Origin: Eledone cirrhosa
Lineage: Eukaryota
Length of the DNA: 64,000 nt
Assembly (NCBI GenBank): GCA_964016885.1
Contig: OZ024747.1
Location: 78,740,001 to 78,804,000, forward strand
Reading direction: 5' to 3'
The position numbers and the translations under genes are program-made. The notes under the pieces are model-generated. The model was not told where the DNA came from, searched no databases, and saw only the letters and a list, made by a program, of their open reading frames with translations. Of the stretch, positions 55,940 to 64,000 are shown in pieces (position 1 is the stretch's first letter; every line of letters starts with the position of its first letter).

Positions 55940-57502
55940 ATATCATAATCTGTTCTATGAGAGCATCGAGTGCTCATACGCCCTACTGCATACGGATGTA
56001 AGCATGCAACACCAATTTTATACACACACACACACACACACACACACTTGAAACATTCATATATATTCTGGAGAAGTACGAGTGACCTATATGGAAAGAA
56101 AGGGTTTGTGAAGGTATAAGATTGTGGGCTCAATTCCTGGACTAAGTGGAAGGGCATTCGGCCATAGAAACCATGTCAACATATGGAATATATGAGCAAG
56201 ATATGGTTCTCCAATTCATCTTTTCTCAGACCATGCTGACCCATCCAACCCAAGTATGGAAAGCAGACATAATGATGATGATGGTGGTATTGGTAGTGGT
56301 GGTGATGGTGGTGGTGGTGGTGGTAGTTTACAGATCAAACCACAAATAAGAGGCCCCGGCTTGTGCCTTGAAGAGGAACTTTCCAAGTGCAAACCCATGA
56401 TCAGTAATGAATGAAGGAAACCTATATATAGATGTGGCAATGTGGTATAGCAGGGAAGTTCAAGATGTAGAGAATCTGAAGAAAAACTGAGTCAAATAAT
56501 TTTCTTATGATTCAATCAAGTCAAAATAAAATAAATGTAATTAACAAAAACGTTTTTTTTTTTTAAACTGTAAGAAAAACTGACCAAGTGAGTTTCTGTT
56601 GAAGGAATTCCCTCTAAACACATCTGAAGCAGCAGTTAGGGGAAGAGAATAAAAGGAAAGCAACTGTAAAGTTAATTTATTGAAACATTTACAGGAAGTA
56701 ATTACAAAAATCTAATGATTTTGAAGAGAAGGAAAAACAATAATAATAATAATGATTTCTTTATTTCTTTATGATGCCAATGGAGACAAGAAAGATGTAT
56801 AGAATGTGACAAATAAATAAATGAATAAAGCAATTTTTAAGGATATAAAATGACAAACTCATTGTGAAGAGTAATCTAAATGAAAAGAATTGAGTCAATT
56901 ATTTTCCCATTTAGTGGATAGTAGCTATCAGTAATTATAATCATTGATTTATTTATCAGGGACAGAAAATTTATTGTAATTAAAATACTATCTAATTTTA
57001 TTCTGATGTGACCAAATTATACTTTAAAGGAAACTTGTCCCCAAACTAATTTCTGATGAAGTCAAGCAGAATAGAAAGAACATTGTATCCTTTGATGAAT
57101 GAGAGAAATCATTCTAGACTTATTACTTTACTAATATCAGTTTGATAACTAAGTGTCACCTTTCATCATGTGATATGGGAGAAAGAAATTAGAAGATAAG
57201 AAAACAAAAAAGAATTTTAAAAAAAAAATTTTTTTTATTAAACTTGTTTTAAATCACATGCACACATTCTTAACATTTCAATAATTTAGTTTTAAAAAAA
57301 AAAAAACTAAAATAAGTTTGAAAACAATTTCAACTTATAATTAAATTGAAGTGCCAGTGTATTTGTAAAGAACAAATTGCAGAGAATATGAGAATTAACT
57401 GTTTAGTAGGAAATAAGTAAATATAACATAGCACAGATAATACATATGAATCTAACAAAAATATAATTTGGAACTCCATCATAAATATTTACTATGAATA
57501 AA

Positions 57503-57548
<46 letters not shown>

Positions 57549-57977
57549 ATGTCTGTGTTTGCGTTTACTGTTTGTTTTTGTTCTGTAAATTAGGGGCTTG
57601 GCAAGAAAGAGATCAAGAAGAAAATACTGGGGGAGAGGGGTACATGATCGCCTAAATTCCTTCAAAGTGTGGTGCCCCATGGCCTAAGGAATAAAACCAG
57701 TAGAAAAAAAGAAACAGAAATAAAATGTTGGTGATAGATTGACAATATTTTATCCTTATTGAGTCCTACAATAGACTGTGTCTGATACACCTTTGACACT
57801 TTGTTAGTAAATACATCACTAGTTTCAGTAAGACAAAATTCTACAATTGCTATTGGGGAAAGAGTTGGCCACCTGCAGGAGTGAGCCACACAAATTGGAG
57901 TGGATCTTTCAGTGCATTTCCCTTGCAATATCTGGGGTAATACTTTCTATATTCTGTTTGCTGACAGTCTGAGGATA

Positions 57978-60900
57978 TATACACATGAGGTTCTGTATGT
58001 TGGTAAAGCAGAGCATGTATACACATGAGGTTCTGTATGTTGGTAAAGCAGAGAATGTATACACATGAGGTTCTGTATGTTGGTAAAACAGAGAATGTAT
58101 ACACATGAGGTTCTGTATGTTGGTAAAACAGAGAATGTATACACATGAGGTTCTGTATGTTGGTAAAGCAGAGAATGTATACACATGAGGTTCTGTATGT
58201 TGGTAAAGCAGAGAATGTATACACATGAGGTTCTGTATGTTGGTAAAACAGAGCATGTATACACATGAGGTTCTGTATGTTGGTAAAACAGAGCATGTAT
58301 ACACACGAGGTTCTGTATGTTGGTAAAACAGAGCATGTATACACATGAGGTTCTGTATGTTGGTAAAGCAGAGAATGTATACACATGAGGTTCTGTATGT
58401 TGGTAAAACAGAGAATGTATACACATGAGGTTCTGTATGTTGGTAAAACAGAGAATGTATACACATGAGGTTCTGTATGTTGGTAAAGCAGAGAATGTAT
58501 ACACATGAGGTTCTGTATGTTGGTAAAACAGAGCATGTATACACATGAGGTTCTGTATGTTGGTAAAACAGAGCATGTATACACATGAGGTTCTGTATGT
58601 TGGTAAAGCAGAGCATGTATACACATGAGGTTCTGTATGTTGGTAAAGCAGAGAATGTATACACATGAGATTCTGTATGTTGGTAAAACAGAGAATGTAT
58701 ACACATGAGGTTCTGTATGTTGGTAAAACAGAGAATGTATACACATGAGGTTCTGTATGTTGGTAAAACAGAGAATGTATACACATGAGGTTCTGTATGT
58801 TGGTAAAACAGAGCATGTATACACATGAGGTTCTGTATGTTGGTAAAACAGAGAATGTATACACATGAGGTTCTGTATGTTGGTAAAACAGAGAATGTAT
58901 ACACATGAGGTTCTGTATGTTGGTAAAACAGAGCATGTATACACATGAGGTTCTGTATGTTGGTAAAACAGAGAATGTATACACATGAGGTTCTGTATGT
59001 TGGTAAAACAGAGCATGTATACACATGAGGTTCTGTATGTTGGTAAAACAGAGCATGTATACACACGAGGTTCTGTATGTTGGTAAAACAGAGCATGTAT
59101 ACACACGAGGTTCTGTATGTTGGTAAAACAGAGCATGTATACACATGAGGTTCTGTATGTTGGTAAAACAGAGAATGTATACACATGAGGTTCTGTATGT
59201 TGGTAAAACAGAGAATGTATACACATGAGGTTCTGTATGTTGGTAAAACAGAGAATGTATACACATGAGGTTCTGTATGTTGGTAAAACAGAGCATGTAT
59301 ACACATGAGGTTCTGTATGTTGGTAAAACAGAGAATGTATACACATGAGGTTCTGTATGTTGGTAAAACAGAGCATGTATACACATGAGGTTCTGTATGT
59401 TGGTAAAACAGAGCATGTATACACACGAGGTTCTGTATGTTGGTAAAACAGAGCATGTATACACATGAGGTTCTGTATGTTGGTAAAGCAGAGAATGTAT
59501 ACACATGAGGTTCTGTATGTTGGTAAAACAGAGAATGTATACACATGAGGTTCTGTATGTTGGTAAAACAGAGAATGTATACACTTGAGGTTCTGTATGT
59601 TGGTAAAACAGAGAATGTATACACATGAGGTTCTGTATGTTGGTAAAACAGAGAAAGTATACACACGAGGTACTGTATGTTGGTAAAGCAGAGAATGTAT
59701 ACACACGAGGTTCTGTATGTTGGTAAAACAAAGAATGTATACACACGAGGTTCTGTATGTTGGTAAAACAGAGCATGTATACACATGAGGTTCTGTATGT
59801 TGGTAAAACAGAGCATGTATACACATGAGGTTCTGTATGTTGGTAAAGCAGAGAATGTATACACATGAGGTTCTGTATGTTGGTAAAGCAGAGAATGTAT
59901 ACACATGAGGTTCTGTATGTTGGTAAAACAGAGCATGTATACACATGAGGTTCTGTATGTTGGTAAAACAGAGAATGTATACACATGAGGTTCTGTATGT
60001 TGGTAAAACAGAGCATGTATACACATGAGGTTCTGTATGTTGGTAAAACAGAGCATGTATACACATGAGGTTCTGTATGTTGGTAAAGCAGAGAATGTAT
60101 ACACATGAGGTGCTGTATGTTGGTAAAACAGAGAATGTATACACATGAGGTTCTGTATGTTGGTAAAACAGAGAATGTATACACATGAGATTCTGTATGT
60201 TGGTAAAGCAGAGAATGTATACACATGAGGTTCTGTATGTTGGTAAAACAGAGAATGTATACACATGAGGTTCTGTATGTTGGTAAAGCAGAGAATGTAT
60301 ACACACGAGGTTCTGTATGTTGGTAAAACAGAGAATGTATACACATGAGGTTCTGTATGTTGGTAAAACAGAGAATGTATACACATGAGGTTCTGTATGT
60401 TGGTAAAACAGAGAATGTATACACATGAGGTTCTGTATGTTGGTAAAGCAGAGAATGTATACACATGAGGTTCTGTATGTTGGTAAAACAGAGAATGTAT
60501 ACACATGAGGTTCTGTATGTTGGTAAAGCAGAGCATGTATACACATGAGGTTCTGTATGTTGGTAAAGCAGAGAATGTATACACATGAGGTTCTGTATGT
60601 TGGTAAAGCAGAGAATGTATACACATGAGGTTCTGTATGTTGGTAAAACAGAGCATATATACACATGAGGTTCTGTATGTTGGTAAAACAGAGCATGTAT
60701 ACACATGAGGTTCTGTATGTTGGTAAAGCAGAGAATGTATACACATGAGGTTCTGTATGTTGGTAAAACAGAGAATGTATACACATGAGGTTCTGTATGT
60801 TGGTAAAGCAGAGAATGTATACACATGAGGTTCTGTATGTTGGTAAAACAGAGCATGTATACACATGAAGTTCTGTATGTTGGTAAAACAGAGCATGTAT

Positions 60901-61493
60901 ACACATGAGGTTCTGTATGTTGGTAAAGCAGAGAATGTATACACATGAGGTTCTGTATGTTGGTAAAGCAGAGAATGTATACACATGAGGTTCTGTATGT
61001 TGGTAAAACAGAGCATGTATACACATGAGGTGCTGTATGTTGGTAAAACAGAGCATGTATACACATGAGGTTCTGTATGTTGGTAAAACAGAGCATATAT
61101 ACACATGAGGTTCTGTATGTTGGTAAAACAGAGAATGTATACACATGAGGTTCTGTATGTTGGTAAAACAGAGAATGTATACACATGAGGTTCTGTATGT
61201 TGGTAAAACAGAGAATGTATACACATGAGGTTCTGTATGTTGGTAAAGCAGAGAATGTATACACATGAGGTTCTGTATGTTGGTAAAGCAGAGAATGTAT
61301 ACACATGAGGTTCTGTATGTTGGTAAAACAGAGCATGTATACACATGAGGTTCTGTATGTTGGTAAAACAGAGAATGTATACACATGAGGTTCTGTATGT
61401 TGGTAAAGCAGAGAATGTATACACATGAGGTTCTGTATGTTGGTAAAACAGAGCATGTATACACATGAGGTTCTGTATGTTGGTAAAGCAGAG
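57978..61493. repeat. 40-bp minisatellite, ~88 copies
   Basis: Unit tatacacatgaggttctgtatgttggtaaa(a/g)cagag(a/c)atg; it explains the three ~1200-aa ORFs. Confidence 0.98.
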
Positions 61494-63051
61494 TAGATGA
61501 AGGAGGTGGGGCAGATGTTGTGAAAACCTTTCTTCAACTGGTTCATGCTGTCACTGTCGGCCACTACATGCAAACATACACACTTATACAAATGTAAGAT
61601 AGATAGGAAAGATAGCATGACCGTTTACTTTGACTATACCAAAACTAATAACAAATCTTAAAAGAACAGAATTTTTTAAAAACCTGATTGCACATTAAGT
61701 TCTCTCTCTCTCTTTCTCCCTCACACACACTCACACATACACGACTGTATACTGAATTTGTTGAGTTACAAGTTCTAAGGTGTTTTCCTTAATTTTCAAA
61801 CAATCAGTGCAGTGAAACATTTTTCTTTTTTTTTCCTTCACATATAATTCCTAAATGACCATAAGACCCTCTAGATTGCCTACAGATGTAGAGCTTCTAA
61901 ACAGATGAATGTTTAATGAGGAAATAGTGGCAGTTAATATATTGGCAACCTAACTAAACATACAAAAGGAAGCCGCAGATTTCCATTAAAAAATATTTCC
62001 CTGCTGAATAAAATTAGACATGCTATTTTTGTAATTTTTCTTATTTGCTTTTACCTCTTGTTTTTACTCCCTATTTGGATAAACAAAAAGCAAATTTGTG
62101 ATGATGATCATTAGTGTCAGCTAGACTTGGTGTCAAAAGGTTAATGCATAAGTAAAAGGATGTCACAGTCAAATATTATTGTAAACTTTGAGAAGTAAAA
62201 CAAATAAAAAGATAACTATTCAAATAAATACAACAAAACTATCAGAAAATGTAGAAGTGAGGCTAAAATATAACATAAAAGAGCAACAGTTATTTGATGT
62301 TAGATAGATGGCACTCTCCTAATGGTGAGCTTTCCTCAAGAAAGAACCAAACTAAAATAGTCAAATCTGCTAGAATAATCATAATTATTTTCCATAATAA
62401 TTCCTTGACATCTTTAAGGGGTGAGTGGTATATTGGAATTGACTCAGCAATTCTGGCAAAATTCCAGTTTTAGAGATTCTCTCTACAAATATGAGATGTC
62501 CGTTCTATTCATATTGCCCCATACTGAATTAATATAAACTGGCAGAGAATCAGATACAAAATTTGGCATCAATTTTATAAAAGAAGAGATTTTAGAAACA
62601 TCAAAAGTAAAATCAAAATTCTTTTTTTCTTTCTTTCTTTTTTTTCAATTGAGAGAGGAAATATGAATATCATTAAATTTCCCGAGTTGAGACTAGAAAT
62701 TATGAAATGAAATGGTACTAGTCATAGGAGAGATGGCAGACAAGTGAAATGGTACTAGTCATAGGAGAGATGGCAGACAAGCGAAGTTATTAAAGAACAA
62801 TCTATCCTAATTTAGTGCAAATAGGTTTACAATTTTTACAACTGAGTTAAATGTAAACCTCATGTAAAATGATACAATCAGGAAGGATTTAGTTATTAGT
62901 TCAAATCCTAGTTGAAATATAGAAGAAGGGGTTTAAAAATGAGAAAGATCAACTAATACAGCTGCAGGATGACTGTTTTGTAAATACTAATAAATAGAAA
63001 TAGAAAAACCCAGTATTTTGTTGCAGCAAATCTCAGAGATGAAAATGTTAC

Positions 63052-63165
63052 CTGATAGGCAAGGTGTCTTTTTGTATTGACTAATAACTAGCAGCTCAGC
63101 TATCAAATGATACAATGATACTGACAATCTAGAGCGAGAATAATATTTCATAAAACAGTGTCTGT
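63052..63165 (-). CDS. Candidate 114-nt symmetric (phase 1-1) exon
   Basis: Long polypyrimidine tract ending gatag as acceptor, CAG|gtaac donor, and an open frame RHCFMKYYSRSRLSVSLYHLIAELLVISQYKKTPCLS. No recognisable homology. Confidence 0.2.
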
Positions 63166-64000
63166 CTATCAAAAAATAAAAAAGAAAGAAAAGAAAAAAA
63201 TTCCTCAATTTACAAAATATTTCAATCTATGTAAACAGCCATTATGTGAGAAGTGGCAGCATTCAAAGGCAGACAAAATCAACAAACATTAAAATAAACA
63301 GAAGCCGCCTGCAAAGAAGAGATTACCCCGTAAAAGACACAATGACCTACATCTTTCAATACAAGACAATTATTTGTTGCCTAAGTTATATTTAAGCAAT
63401 GGTCCAATTAAAACACTGACAATCTTACTCCTCACTATAAATAAATCAAACCAAAACAAAACATTATGAGAAGAATAACAAAAGAAGTAAGAAACTAAAT
63501 GTAAAGTATTTATTATTCCATCTTAGTCACCCATACAAAGTATATGGAAGCTTAAAGTTAAGCAGCATCCAACAAAACTGATATTAGATCACTAAGTAAA
63601 AATAATAATAATAATTCAAGATCTTAAGAAGAATTAACCAGCTGCTGTGGCAACTAATCAGCATTTTGCTGTTTTAAACAATAAAGACTTTTTCCAGTGT
63701 TTCATTAACAATGTTATTTTTCAGGAAAAACATCTGGTTGTCAAAATATACCAGAAATCTTAGCATTGGTAAAAGAAAAAGTAAGACTATTTCAAGTCTA
63801 AAAAGTCTAAGGAGTATTAAAGAAAACGGATTTAATTTAGTTGTCATTAAAAAATAATATAAGTGAAAAAAAACTAATAACCAAATTATCTGACAGTCTG
63901 TAGCAAGACAATGACAATATATCAAACTCAATAATAAAGAATGCCTCATTCTAAACTCATTTCTATCTACAATTTGGTACTTCGGCAACTAAGACATAGG

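Noticed and set aside
57850-61618. Three ~1200-aa ORFs as a repeat protein gene
   Set aside because: The 40-bp unit is not a multiple of 3 and gives the same peptide in all frames; a stop-free 40-mer is not improbable.

Overview
This is eukaryotic, AT-rich, repeat-dominated DNA with a 200-N gap at 46508-46707. It is very probably from a coleoid cephalopod (octopus-like), inferred from the Nin/Deu-domain SINEs, (GAT)n-tailed RTE LINEs and SINEs, and very long (TA)n tracts. Almost every supplied ORF is a microsatellite or minisatellite artefact. The only well-supported host-gene signal is one the ORF track missed: a 227-nt minus-strand exon (6317-6543) encoding the Gln-rich N-terminal helix of a class IIa histone deacetylase (HDAC4/5/9-like). 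Most of the window is therefore probably intron or 5' region of that gene, and two weak upstream exon candidates are noted. The rest consists of SINEs, TTAA-flanked MITEs, Tc1/mariner, Tc2/pogo-like and hAT relics, decayed LINEs, six minisatellite arrays and three fold-back hairpins. The most interesting structure is at 46.7-55.9 kb, a ~9 kb (TA)n field holding five insertions. These are a 5'-truncated RTE with a PHD finger inside its RT, an inverted second 3' copy of it, a CR1/L2-like 3' end, a fold-back MITE, and a ~640-bp bipartite non-autonomous RTE derivative that begins with an HDV-like ribozyme fold. Two long hairpins (13.4 kb and 26.1 kb) carry or adjoin hammerhead-like motifs suggesting Penelope-like elements. 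No CRISPR array or prokaryotic system is supported. All calls were made by eye, without database searches.
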